Shown one piece after another: positions 29,680 to 39,464 of a DNA stretch of 64,000 nucleotides (the stretch's first letter is position 1; every line of letters starts with the position of its first letter). The notes below the pieces were generated by a model, which did no database searches, was not told where the DNA came from, and was given only the letters and a program-made list of their open reading frames with translations. The position numbers and the translations under genes were made by a program. This stretch comes from Alphaproteobacteria bacterium (GTDB taxonomy: Bacteria; Pseudomonadota; Alphaproteobacteria; UBA828), in contig CBDCCI010000002.1 of NCBI GenBank assembly GCA_965214705.1, positions 1,312,001 through 1,376,000 of the forward strand, given 5' to 3'.

Positions 29680-30891
29680 TTACTGCGACGGGTCGTGGAG
29701 GATGGCCCACTCGCCGGCTTGGGCGTGCACGTAGAGGTAAGGCTTGACCGCCTCGCCCTCGTCCGTGCGCTGGATCTTGCCGAGGAGCCCGTCGGTCTCC
29801 TTCAGGTTAGCCAGTCCGTCGCGGATCTTGCGCCTGTCGGCATCCACCGAATCGCCGTCGGCCGCGATCCCCTGGGCTTCCATGACCTCCTTGAGGATCA
29901 TCACGATTTCCCAGGCGGCAGCGCTGTGCAGGTCCGCGCTCCCTTCGTGCTTCGCCGCCGCGTCGGCCGCAGCCTTCGCGGCCTCGGTGACCGGCGCGAA
30001 GCTGGTCGGGATGATGATGCCTTCGGCCTGCTCGGCGCAGCCCTGCAGCGTCTCCATGCTCGACGAGCTGGTGAGCCCGACCAGCAGGCTCGGCTTGACC
30101 CGCTGGCGCTTCATCTCTTTCAGCACGCCGCAGGTGGTGAAGGGATGCGCCGAGATCGCCACGATGTCGGCCTTGGCCTTCTTCATCTGGCGCACCTGGG
30201 TGGTGAAGTTGGTGTCATTCAGGAGCCACTTGGACTCGCCGAGCACCTCATAGCCGGCCTCGGGCGAGCGCTCCTTCATCACCTTGTGCCAGGTGAAGCG
30301 GGAATGGGCGAAATCCTCCTCAACGCCGCCATAGACGGTCTTGAGGTCTGGATGCTCCGTGGCGATCCACTGGAACAGCGCCCTGTACATCTCGCTCTCG
30401 TTGGGAACGTTGCGGAACGCCCACTGGGAAATCTTCGCCAGCCCGCCCTTGATGGCGGTATCGGTGAAGACCGGGATTTGCAGCCCGGAATCGCCCTCGT
30501 CGCCGACCGTCTTCTGCAGAATGCCGAACAGCGGTTCGGCAACGTTCGAGCAGGTCGGGCCGATGGCGACAACCGCATCGCTGCCGGCGATGCGGCGGAG
30601 CACCGAAATGCCCTCTTCCGCGTTGCAGCGGTCGTCGTAGAACGAAAGCTCCATCATCGCCATGGAGCCGTCGGCCAGCTTGACGCCGCCTGCTGCATTC
30701 ACGGCCTCGATCGCGCCGCTCAACACCGCTTCCGTGTTGATGCCGAACGAGCGAACGACGCCGGACTTGGCGCCGAAGCCGGCGATCTGCACCGTCTTTT
30801 CTGCCGAGAACGCCTCGCTCTGCGCCCCGAAGCTCGCGCCCACGGCGAGCGCGGCAACGGCGCCGAGCCTGACTAGCTTGTTATCCAACAT
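29680..30891 (-). CDS. Liv-type (Peripla_BP_6) ABC substrate-binding protein
   Basis: Signal peptide MLDNKLVRLGAVAALAVGA, then VNAAGGV...DDRCN and IGPTCS. Heads the liv-like operon. Confidence 0.85.
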   Translation of the reverse strand: MLDNKLVRLGAVAALAVGASFGAQSEAFSAEKTVQIAGFGAKSGVVRSFGINTEAVLSGAIEAVNAAGGVKLADGSMAMMELSFYDDRCNAEEGISVLRRIAGSDAVVAIGPTCSNVAEPLFGILQKTVGDEGDSGLQIPVFTDTAIKGGLAKISQWAFRNVPNESEMYRALFQWIATEHPDLKTVYGGVEEDFAHSRFTWHKVMKERSPEAGYEVLGESKWLLNDTNFTTQVRQMKKAKADIVAISAHPFTTCGVLKEMKRQRVKPSLLVGLTSSSSMETLQGCAEQAEGIIIPTSFAPVTEAAKAAADAAAKHEGSADLHSAAAWEIVMILKEVMEAQGIAADGDSVDADRRKIRDGLANLKETDGLLGKIQRTDEGEAVKPYLYVHAQAGEWAILHDPSQ

Positions 30892-30988
30892 CTGCCTCTC
30901 CCTCCTTCGATGAAACTCGAGTCTGATCCGACCGACTCCGTGCGGTTCGGAGTTCACGCCTTGGACCGCCACGAACAATCGGTCCGCC

Positions 30989-31003
30989 GCAGCCGCCGTG
31001 CCA
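30989..31003 (-). promoter_or_regulatory. Candidate sigma-54 (-24/-12) promoter
   Basis: Minus strand TGGCACGGCGGCTGC has GG-N10-GC spacing, about 100 bp upstream of the binding-protein start. Confidence 0.45.
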
Positions 31004-31135
31004 CCAACTCAATCCTATACCCGCCTCGTTGTCGGAGTCAGCGAATACTTTCCGGGTGGCGTATTCTTTTCCGGCGACGGCCACTGAAATGGGGGTGAGG
31101 GCCCGACAGAACGCCCCGCGGCGCGTCGGCTGGGA

Positions 31136-31564
31136 CTAGGACTGGCGCATCCTCGACGGCATGCCTTCGTCGTGGGTGAGGTCCGGGTGCAGGAGACACC
31201 AGGGCTGCGCGCTCGCCACGTAGATTTCTCGGCTCGGCTCGTATGAGCTCGGGTCGTCCAGGCTTCCCGCGTAGAGAGCCCGAATCCCCGTGTGACTGTT
31301 GTTGGTCAGAAACAGCGGCGAGCCGCACGCGGGGCAGAATGCGCGGCCCATGAGATTTCCACTATCGGCGGTTCTTTCGAACCAGCTCGGCTCGCCGCTG
31401 AGCAGGGTGAACTCGCTCTCCTTCACCACCACCACCGGCATGTAGGCACCGCCGGTCGCCTGCTGGCAGTCACGGCAATGGCAATTGCCCATGTAGCGCG
31501 GGGCCCCCGCACACTCGTAACGAATGGCACCGCATGCGCAGCGGCCGCCGAAGGGAACATCCAT
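31136..31564 (-). CDS. GFA/CENP-V family Zn-binding protein
   Basis: GRCACGAIRY, CHCRDCQ and FCPACGSPL motifs. Confidence 0.92.
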   Translation of the reverse strand: MDVPFGGRCACGAIRYECAGAPRYMGNCHCRDCQQATGGAYMPVVVVKESEFTLLSGEPSWFERTADSGNLMGRAFCPACGSPLFLTNNSHTGIRALYAGSLDDPSSYEPSREIYVASAQPWCLLHPDLTHDEGMPSRMRQS

Positions 31565-31671
31565 GGCCGAGTCTCCTCGTACTCTGCTGCCGGACTATAA
31601 CCGCCCCAGAGCCGCATGGTAGAGAAGGCCGGGACTATGGCTTCAGACCGCAGGTCGAACCGGGAGAAACC

Positions 31672-32667
31672 ATGAGCAACAAAGCCGCCGTCATCCACGA
31701 AAAGGGCACGCCCGACGTCTTCCGCTGGGAGGAGTGGCCGGTCGGCGATCCGGCACCGGGCGAGGCGCTGATCCGCCACGGCGCCATCGGAGTGAACTAC
31801 ATCGACACTTACAACCGGCGCGACATGCCGCATCCGTGGCCCGTGCCGCCGCTCCCCGTCGTCCTGGGGATCGAGGGCGCAGGCACGGTCGAAGCGGTGG
31901 GCGAGGGCGTGACCGAGTGCGCGGTCGGTGACCGGGTCACCTATGCCAGCCCGCCGCACGGCGCCTATGCGCAGCGCCGGGTGATGCCGGCCAGGCGGCT
32001 GGTCAGGCTGCCCGACGGCATTTCCGATGAAGACGCCGCCGGCATTACGCTCAAGGGCCTCACCGCCCAGTATCTGCTGCGCCGGACCTACCGCGTCCAG
32101 CCCGGCGATCCGGTGCTGGTCCACGCGGCGGCAGGCGGCATGGGGCTGATCCTGTGCCAGTGGGCCAGGCACCTGGGCGCCACCGTGATCGGCACGGTTT
32201 CGACCGACGAGAAGGCGGAGCTCGCCAAGGCCCACGGCGCCGACCACGTTGCCGTCTATTCGCGCGAGGACTTCGTGCCACTGGTCATGGAGGTCACCGA
32301 CGGCAAAGGCTGCCCGGTGGTCTATGAGAGCATCGGCAAGGACACCTTCACCCGATCGCTGGACTGCTTGCGCCCGCTCGGCATCCTCGCGTGCTACGGC
32401 CATGCCTCGGGTGCGCCCGACCCGGTCGATGTCGTGGAGCTTGGCGCGCGCGGCTCGCTGTTCGTTACCCGCCCGGCGCTCATGCACTACATGGAAGAAC
32501 GCGAAGACCTGGTCGCTGCGGCGCAGGAGCTGTTCGACGTCGTCTCGACGGGGGCGGTGACGATCACCGTCCGCCACCGCTATCCGCTGCGCGAGGTCGC
32601 CGAAGTCCACCGCGCCATCGAAGAGCGGCGCACCACGGGCTCGACGGTCCTCCTGCCGTTCGCGTAA
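31672..32667 (+). CDS. qor: NADPH:quinone oxidoreductase (zeta-crystallin/Qor family)
   Basis: IGVNYID, LGIEGAG, LKGLTAQYL, VHAAAGGMG, GSLFVTRP and TTGSTVL motifs. Confidence 0.9.
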   Translation: MSNKAAVIHEKGTPDVFRWEEWPVGDPAPGEALIRHGAIGVNYIDTYNRRDMPHPWPVPPLPVVLGIEGAGTVEAVGEGVTECAVGDRVTYASPPHGAYAQRRVMPARRLVRLPDGISDEDAAGITLKGLTAQYLLRRTYRVQPGDPVLVHAAAGGMGLILCQWARHLGATVIGTVSTDEKAELAKAHGADHVAVYSREDFVPLVMEVTDGKGCPVVYESIGKDTFTRSLDCLRPLGILACYGHASGAPDPVDVVELGARGSLFVTRPALMHYMEEREDLVAAAQELFDVVSTGAVTITVRHRYPLREVAEVHRAIEERRTTGSTVLLPFA

Positions 32668-32744
32668 CGCATTTCCCGTGTCGACGCGCTGCTCGACACC
32701 GGGCGTCCCGGCCGGTCCTCCCTGATCGACGCCGCCGGCGAGTC

Positions 32745-33209
32745 ATGGCGATCTGCGAACTGAGCGAACTGAACGGCCTGCTGGCGGCCGATGCGCGCCT
32801 GATGGGGCTCGATCTCGGAACCAAGACCATCGGCGTCGCGGTCTCCGACCTGAGCCGCACGATCGCGACGGCGCGTACCACGCTTCGCCGGACCAAGCTC
32901 TCCCGCAATATCGAGACCCTGCGGGCGCTCATAGAGGACGAAGGGGTCGGCGGCATTGTCGTGGGGCTGCCGGTGAACATGGACGGCAGCGAGGGGCCGC
33001 GCGCGCAGTCTGCCCGCGACACGGCGGCGCGTCTTGCCGAGGCACTGGCGCTGCCGATCGCCTTCTGGGACGAACGCTGGTCCACCGTCGCCGCCGAGCG
33101 CGCGATGCTCGACGCCGACCTTTCGCGCCGCAAGCGGGCGCGCAAGGTCGATCAGGTGGCGGCGGCCTACATCCTGCAGGGCGCGCTCGACCGCCTGCGC
33201 GCGCCGTAA
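32745..33209 (+). CDS. ruvX: Holliday junction resolvase-like / pre-16S rRNA nuclease YqgF
   Basis: LMGLDLGTKTIGVAVSD, VVGLPVNMDGSEG, WDERWST and VDQVAAAYILQ motifs. Confidence 0.95.
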   Translation: MAICELSELNGLLAADARLMGLDLGTKTIGVAVSDLSRTIATARTTLRRTKLSRNIETLRALIEDEGVGGIVVGLPVNMDGSEGPRAQSARDTAARLAEALALPIAFWDERWSTVAAERAMLDADLSRRKRARKVDQVAAAYILQGALDRLRAP

Positions 33210-33583
33210 CGGAACGATTCCAGTCCGTATTTTTATCAGTGTCCCGCACGCAAAACCGTGCGGGCTTGCGCGACTCAGGTCCGAGCGACCTCGGACCATG
33301 GTCCGGTGCACGGCGCGCTGCAGGCGCGCCAGTGTCACGCCATGAAATGCGAAGGAACGCCAACCGAGGCAACCGGGGTCAGGGTGAGCGGGCGCGCGTC
33401 ACTGAGGCGGTCACTTCCCACAGTCCACGTCACCGCCGCTAACGCAGACGAGGACGGCAGCCCATCCTACTTTGGAATGCCCGTTATCCCTCCCATCCCG
33501 CCTAATCCCGGCGTGTCCCGCATCAAATTTTTCGAGTCCGTCCCACGCGGAGTGCCCCTGCGCGCCGCAATCCACCGTCGCCA

Positions 33584-34528
33584 TCATTCGCGGAACTCGC
33601 GGATCGCGCCGCGCTGCACCACCAGGCTCGCAAGCAGGACGATGGCGAGGCCTGGCACGGTCATCAGCGGCGGCGCGGGCTTCCCCAAGGCAAGGTCGAG
33701 CAGGAGCACGATCGCCGGCAGCGCGTAGCTGTAGGCCTGCACCCGGGTCGCGCCGATGCGGAGCGTTGTGTACTGGGTGATGAAGAAGGAGATGATGGTC
33801 GGAAAGATCGCGAGATAGACGATGCCGCCCAGCACCACCACTTCGACCCCGGACCAGTCGGTGCGCCAAAGCTTGACGTTGCTCGCCGCCACCAGCCAGA
33901 GCGCCGCCGCCACCAGGGTCCAGAAGGTCAGCACCAGGACCGGCTCGCCCCGATGCAGGCGCTTGATCATCGGGCCGTAGATGCCGAAGCCGACGCATCC
34001 GGCGAGGAAGATCCCGTCGCCGATGTTGACCTCGAGCCCGATCAGGCGCGCGGGGTCGCCGCGGAAGATGATCCAGAGCGCGCCGATCATGCCGAGGAAA
34101 AGCGCGGCCAGACGATGGACGCCGAGCCGCTCGCCCACCAGCACCGCGCCGAAAATCGCGGAAAGGCCGGGCACGATGGTGAAGATCGCACTGGTGTTGA
34201 GGCCGCTCGTGGTGCGCAGCGCCTCGAACATGCACCAGAAGAAAAAGGCCAAGGGCGCGCCGAGCGCGAAATAGCGCAGGCACGACTTGGCATCCGGCAG
34301 CTTCAGTCCTTCGCGCCAGGCCACGATCGGCGCCATGAGCAGCGCCGCGAGCACGAAGCGGATGCACATCATCACCGCGGGGTTGAGGCCGTGGGTGATG
34401 TGCTCGCCGAGCGGAAAGGACGCGGAGATGACGACGGTCATCAGGAAGGCGAGCACGTGCGCGTGCGCCTGGCCCGTGCGCGCCGGCCCGCCTGGCTCTG
34501 ATGTCGCCTGCGGAGTCTGCTGCCCCAT
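33584..34528 (-). CDS. DMT/EamA-family transporter
   Basis: About 10 hydrophobic segments in a two-repeat pattern. IRFVLAALL and LVGERL motifs. Confidence 0.85.
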   Translation of the reverse strand: MGQQTPQATSEPGGPARTGQAHAHVLAFLMTVVISASFPLGEHITHGLNPAVMMCIRFVLAALLMAPIVAWREGLKLPDAKSCLRYFALGAPLAFFFWCMFEALRTTSGLNTSAIFTIVPGLSAIFGAVLVGERLGVHRLAALFLGMIGALWIIFRGDPARLIGLEVNIGDGIFLAGCVGFGIYGPMIKRLHRGEPVLVLTFWTLVAAALWLVAASNVKLWRTDWSGVEVVVLGGIVYLAIFPTIISFFITQYTTLRIGATRVQAYSYALPAIVLLLDLALGKPAPPLMTVPGLAIVLLASLVVQRGAIREFRE

Positions 34529-34614
34529 GCCTCACACTACCGCCTGCATCACGGTAGGAAACAGCCCACTCCGGTGGAGCGGAGCGTCAGGCGGTCGAGC
34601 GCTCGCGCAGCGCG

Positions 34615-36696
34615 TTATGCATTCGCGCGCTCTCGAAGCGCGACGATGGCACCGAGCAGGACGAGGCCATAGATGATGTTGCGCACAGCCTCGGGCAGCA
34701 CTGTGCCGGACAGCATGATGCCGAGGCCGGTGAACAGGATCGCGCCGCCCAGGATGCCGAGATAGTGGCCCCGGCCCCCGGTGATCAACGTGCCGCCCAG
34801 CACCACCACGGCGATGGACGAGAGCAGGTAGGGGTCGCCCATGCCGTAGAACGCCTGGGCGCTGAAGCCCGCGAGGAAGACACCGACCAGCGCGGAGCAG
34901 AAGCCGCTCAGCACGTAGGCGCCAACGATGGGGAAGCCGGTGCGCACGCCCGAGAGGCGACTCACGCGCTCGCTGTTACCCACGGCGAAGATACGCCGGC
35001 CCGGTGCACTCCTGTTCAGGTAGAGGGTCGCGACGACGACGAAGGCGATGAGGAACCAGCCAATCGGCGCGATGCCGGCGATGCGTCCGGTCACGAACCA
35101 GGCCAGTGCCGGCGGTGCCTTGCCGATGGGCGCGCCCGAGCTGAACAGCAGCGACACGCCCTCCAGGATGCCGTTCATGGCGAGAGTCACGATGATCGGC
35201 GAGAGCCCGAAGAGGACGATGGTCATGCCGTTGAGGAAGCCGATGGCGATGCCGATCGCGAGCGACACCGGAATCACCCACACCGCCGGCGCGTCGACGC
35301 CGTTGCAGAGCGTGGTGACCACGATCGCAGGGAAGGTCATGGTCCAGGGCACCGAGAGATCGAGCCCGCCGGTGATGATGACCGTGCCCTGGCCGAGGCC
35401 GAGAATCGCCAGGAAGGCGGTCAGGATCAGCATGGCGTTGAGGTAGGCGAGTGGCGAGAAGTCTCCGCCGAAGATTCCGATCGTCGCGCCCAGGATGACG
35501 ATGTAGATGAGGTAGGCGGGCACGGCGAAGCGCAGCACCGCTCGATGCCGGTCGAGCCAGGGGACGGCGGCGGCTCCGGCGCCGCCCGCCGGCGGGTCCA
35601 GCCCGCCCAGGCGGATCGGCTCGCCCACGACGCGCAGCTTGGAAGGGAGCGAGGACTCCTTGAGCGCCCGCAGCGTCGCCCGCCAGAAGCGCGTGATCTC
35701 CACCACCGGCGAATCGCGGCCGAGGGAGAAGCCGAGCACGGCGAGGAGCAGGATCACGCCCTCGACGATCGGCGTGTAATAGGTCCGCACGCCGAGCACG
35801 AGGAAGATGTTGACCACTACGGTGAGCGTCAGCGCGCCGAAGATGGTGCCGACGGCGCCGCCCCGGCCGCCGCCGATCAGCGTGCCGCCCAGCACCACGG
35901 CGGCGAAGATCTGCAGCAGCATCTTGGCGCCGATCAGCGGGTCGCCGCCGCCCATGTTGGCGGTGATGAAGAGGCCGGCGGCGCCATAGCACATGCCGGC
36001 GAAGGTGAAGGTGAGGAAACGCGTGCGGCGCACGTCGACCCCGTTGGCCTCGGCCGATCCCGCATCGCTGCCGATGGCGTAGATGCCGGTGCCGATCCGC
36101 GTGTTCTTGAGCAGCAGCCAGAACAGGATGGCGACCGCAAGGACGACGACCGGCGCGGGCAGTCCCTCGGTGATGACATCGCCGGTGAAGACCAGGCTGA
36201 AGTCCCACGGCATTTCGCCGCCGGGGAACTTGAGCACGAGCAGCGCAGCGCCCTGGGCGATGAACATGGTGGCGAGCGTCACCACGATCGACTGCAGGCG
36301 CACGTAGGCCACGAGGAAGCCGTTAAGTGCGCCGATGGCGGCGCCCAGGCCGAGCGCGATGACCAGCGCAACCAGGGTGAAGAGGCCGGTCCCCATGTCG
36401 GCGGCGGGGCCGAGCTGGGTGACCAGGACCACGTTGACCAGCGAGATGACGGCGCCCGCCGAGAGGTCGAGCCCGCCGGCGAGGATGACGATGGTCTCGC
36501 CGAGCGCAGCGAGCGCGAGGGTCGCGGCGCTCGCGCTGATGCTGCTGATGTCGAAATACGCGATGCCCTGGCCGGTGATGAGCTGTAGCGCGATCATGGT
36601 CGCGGCAAACACGGCGATGGCAATGATCGTGCCGCGCTGGCGCGACCAGCTGAACGGCGGCAGGTAGGGTGCGCGTAGCGCGCCCAGCGGCGTCAT
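34615..36696 (-). CDS. Fused double sugar (RbsC-type) ABC permease
   Basis: The motif set GGLDLS / IVVTLA / VVLGGTLI.GG occurs twice in one 693-aa ORF. Confidence 0.88.
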   Translation of the reverse strand: MTPLGALRAPYLPPFSWSRQRGTIIAIAVFAATMIALQLITGQGIAYFDISSISASAATLALAALGETIVILAGGLDLSAGAVISLVNVVLVTQLGPAADMGTGLFTLVALVIALGLGAAIGALNGFLVAYVRLQSIVVTLATMFIAQGAALLVLKFPGGEMPWDFSLVFTGDVITEGLPAPVVVLAVAILFWLLLKNTRIGTGIYAIGSDAGSAEANGVDVRRTRFLTFTFAGMCYGAAGLFITANMGGGDPLIGAKMLLQIFAAVVLGGTLIGGGRGGAVGTIFGALTLTVVVNIFLVLGVRTYYTPIVEGVILLLAVLGFSLGRDSPVVEITRFWRATLRALKESSLPSKLRVVGEPIRLGGLDPPAGGAGAAAVPWLDRHRAVLRFAVPAYLIYIVILGATIGIFGGDFSPLAYLNAMLILTAFLAILGLGQGTVIITGGLDLSVPWTMTFPAIVVTTLCNGVDAPAVWVIPVSLAIGIAIGFLNGMTIVLFGLSPIIVTLAMNGILEGVSLLFSSGAPIGKAPPALAWFVTGRIAGIAPIGWFLIAFVVVATLYLNRSAPGRRIFAVGNSERVSRLSGVRTGFPIVGAYVLSGFCSALVGVFLAGFSAQAFYGMGDPYLLSSIAVVVLGGTLITGGRGHYLGILGGAILFTGLGIMLSGTVLPEAVRNIIYGLVLLGAIVALRERANA

Positions 36697-38216
36697 CGCG
36701 AGCCCTCGCCGAGTGCTGCGCGCATGATGCTGGCCTCGGTGATCTCGGCCCCGGTGAGCGAGGCCGCCTTGCGGCCGCGGTAGATCACCATCACGGAGTC
36801 ACAGAGGTTCACCAGCTCCGGCACGTCGGTGGAGTAGTAGAGCACCGCGCCGCCGGCATCTGCGTAGGCGCGCACGAGGGCGTAGATCTCCGCCTTGGTG
36901 CCGACATCGACGCCGCGCGTCGGGTCGTACATGAGCAGCACGCGGCTCTCGGCGAGCAGCCACTTGGCGATGGCGATCTTCTGCTGGTTGCCGCCGCTGA
37001 AGACGTTGCAGGCGCTGTAGAGTGCGCGTCGGTCGACCTGCACCATGTCGAGCGCGCGGCCAACCGCTTGCGCTTCCTGCTCCAGGTTCACGAGGCCGAA
37101 GCGCACGCAGCGGTCGATGATGGGGAGCGAGATGTTCTCCCGCCCCGTCAGCGCGAGAAAGAGCGCTTCGGTCTTGCGGTCTTCCGGCACGAAGCTGATG
37201 CCGATGCGGCTGTTCACGGCGTCCTTCGGCGTGCGCAGGGTCACCCGCTGATCGCCGATCCGGATGTCGCCAGCGCTGAGCCCGACCATGCCGAAGAGCG
37301 CGAGGAAGAGATCGCGCTGGCCCATACCTTCCAGCCCGCCGACGCCGAGGATCTCGCCGGACCAGAGATCGAAGGAGAAGTCCTGCACGCCGCCTTCGAT
37401 GGCCAATCCGTCGCCGGCCAGGATCGGCGTCTCCCCGCGCCGAGCCGGCTGCGCCGGCCTGGGCGGAAACGTCGCGGCGAGCGAGCGTCCGATCACCAGC
37501 TCGATCACACGGTCGTCGGAGATTTCGTCGGCCCTGAAGCTCCCCACCATGCGGCCGTTGCGCAGGATGGTCAGGCTGTCGCAAAAATCCCGCACCTCCT
37601 GCATCCGGTGCGAGATGAAGACGATGGTGGTGCCCTCCGCACGCAGCCGATCGAAGAGCGCGCCCAGCCACTGCACGTCGTTGCCGGAAAGCGACGAGGT
37701 CGGCTCGTCCAGCAGCAGCAACTGCGGCTTGCGAGAGACGGCGCGGGCGATCTCGATTTTCTGCTGCGTCGGCAGCGCCAGCGTCCGCACCTCGGCGTGG
37801 AGGTCGATGTCGTCGAGGCCGAGATCGGCGAGGGCGCGCCGCACGCGCTGCTCGGACTCGCGCCGCTTGATGTTGCCGCTCGGGCCGGTCGGCTCGTAGG
37901 GCAGCAGCATGTTCTGCACGACCGTGAGGTCGCCGATCAGCGAAATCTCCTGGTAGGCGGTCTGGATTCCGAGCCGATGGGAATCCCTTGGCGTATGGAT
38001 GTGTGCGGGGCTGTCGAACAAGGCGATCTCGCCGGCGTCCGGTCGGCTGAGGCCGCTCAGGATCTTGACTAGCGTCGACTTGCCCGCACCGTTCTCGCCA
38101 AGGAGCGCATGGACCTCGCCGCGCGGAATGGCGAGCGAGACGTCGTCGAGCGCGACGGTCGCGCCGAACGCCTTGCTCAGGCCGTGGGTCTCGACCGCCG
38201 GCGCCTGCTCATTCAT
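36693..38216 (-). CDS. Sugar ABC ATP-binding protein (RbsA-type, two ABC domains)
   Basis: GENGAGKST, DEPTSSL, VPEDRK, SGGNQQK and DPTRGVDVG motifs. Confidence 0.93.
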   Translation of the reverse strand: MNEQAPAVETHGLSKAFGATVALDDVSLAIPRGEVHALLGENGAGKSTLVKILSGLSRPDAGEIALFDSPAHIHTPRDSHRLGIQTAYQEISLIGDLTVVQNMLLPYEPTGPSGNIKRRESEQRVRRALADLGLDDIDLHAEVRTLALPTQQKIEIARAVSRKPQLLLLDEPTSSLSGNDVQWLGALFDRLRAEGTTIVFISHRMQEVRDFCDSLTILRNGRMVGSFRADEISDDRVIELVIGRSLAATFPPRPAQPARRGETPILAGDGLAIEGGVQDFSFDLWSGEILGVGGLEGMGQRDLFLALFGMVGLSAGDIRIGDQRVTLRTPKDAVNSRIGISFVPEDRKTEALFLALTGRENISLPIIDRCVRFGLVNLEQEAQAVGRALDMVQVDRRALYSACNVFSGGNQQKIAIAKWLLAESRVLLMYDPTRGVDVGTKAEIYALVRAYADAGGAVLYYSTDVPELVNLCDSVMVIYRGRKAASLTGAEITEASIMRAALGEGSR

Positions 38217-38259
38217 GGCCGGCTTCCACGCGCTGCCGCCGGCCGGCCATGCCGGAAGC

Positions 38260-38290
38260 GAGGGGCGCAGCGACGAGCGCTGCGCCCCTC
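38260..38290. terminator. Hairpin between the sugar binding-protein gene and the ATPase gene
   Basis: 13-bp stem GAGGGGCGCAGCG / CGCTGCGCCCCTC. Confidence 0.45.
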
Positions 38291-39464
38291 ACGCCTCCGA
38301 TCCGGCCGAGACCGGTCCGGCCCGCCAGCGCTGCCTTGGGGTTGCGATCAGCTACCGTCGGGCACCTTGCCCTCGAGCGCGGAATAGACGTCGAGCTCCG
38401 GAACCTGCGAATGCCACACGTCGATGAAGTAGTTCGACGGCGCGACGGAAAGCGGCACCGCATTGCAGGACCACTCCTTGGAGGTGAGCTCGGCCTTGTC
38501 TCCCGTGTCGCAGAGCTCCGTCTGCCCCGGCGTAACCAGGGGCATCGGGATTTCGGCGAAGCGCGGGATCTCGGCGCCGTCGAACTTTGCCATCCCGAGC
38601 TTGAAGGCATACGGCGCGGCCCAGGGCGGCGAGCCCATGGAGGCGCTGCGCAGCCCGTAAGCGCCCTCGGTCGTCCCCGGCGCGAGCTGGGCCACGCGGT
38701 GGCCGTTGGTGCCGTTGCCGGCGCAGGGCTTGAGCGAATCGCCGCGGCCCGCATCCACCTGCATCTGGGTGAAGACGTAGCAGCCGGTCTGGGTCCACAA
38801 GCCGTCGATCTTGTCCCAGCCGTGGGTGGCCACGATCTCGGTCAGCTTCTGCTTCGCCGTGGCGTTGTTCCACATGCTCGGCGTGTCGGCGATGATCGTG
38901 ATGTCCGGGAACTCGGCGAATACCGCCTTGGCCGCGGAGTTCCGCCGCAGGTCGACCATGTTGCCAGGGATCCCGCCCATGAAGACGATGTTGCCCTTGC
39001 CGCCAAGCTCCTCGGCCAGCCACTCGGCCGGACCTGCGCCGGCCCAGTCCTGATTGATGCCGACGTGATGGGCGCAAGGCTCGGTAACCTGAGCGTCGAA
39101 GGTGATGAAGACCACGCCGCGGCGGCAGGCGTTGCGGATGGCGCGGTTGAGCGCCGTCGGCGAGATCGCCCAGGAGACGATGACCTGCGCGCCGGCCTGC
39201 ACCATGGCGTTGATCTGCTGGATCTGGGTCTGCGCATTGCCGCGCGCGGACTGGATTTCAATGTCCACCCGGTCCTTGTAGTCCTTGGTCCCGGCTATCG
39301 AGCTCAGCAGGTTGGTGGACGCATCCATCCAGGTGTTGCCCTCGAAACCCAGGCTCACATAGACCTTGACCTTGTCTTGTGCGGTGGCGGTCGCGACCGG
39401 CGCCATGCCGCCCGCGAGAAACGCCAGTGCCGCAGCACCGAGCGCCGCATTGCGCAAAATTGTT

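Noticed and set aside
33207-33486. Possible TA-flanked MITE (TAACGG...ATTCCA / TGGAAT...CCGTTA) downstream of ruvX
   Set aside because: The inverted repeat is short and needs a 2-nt gap, which is too weak without a second copy.
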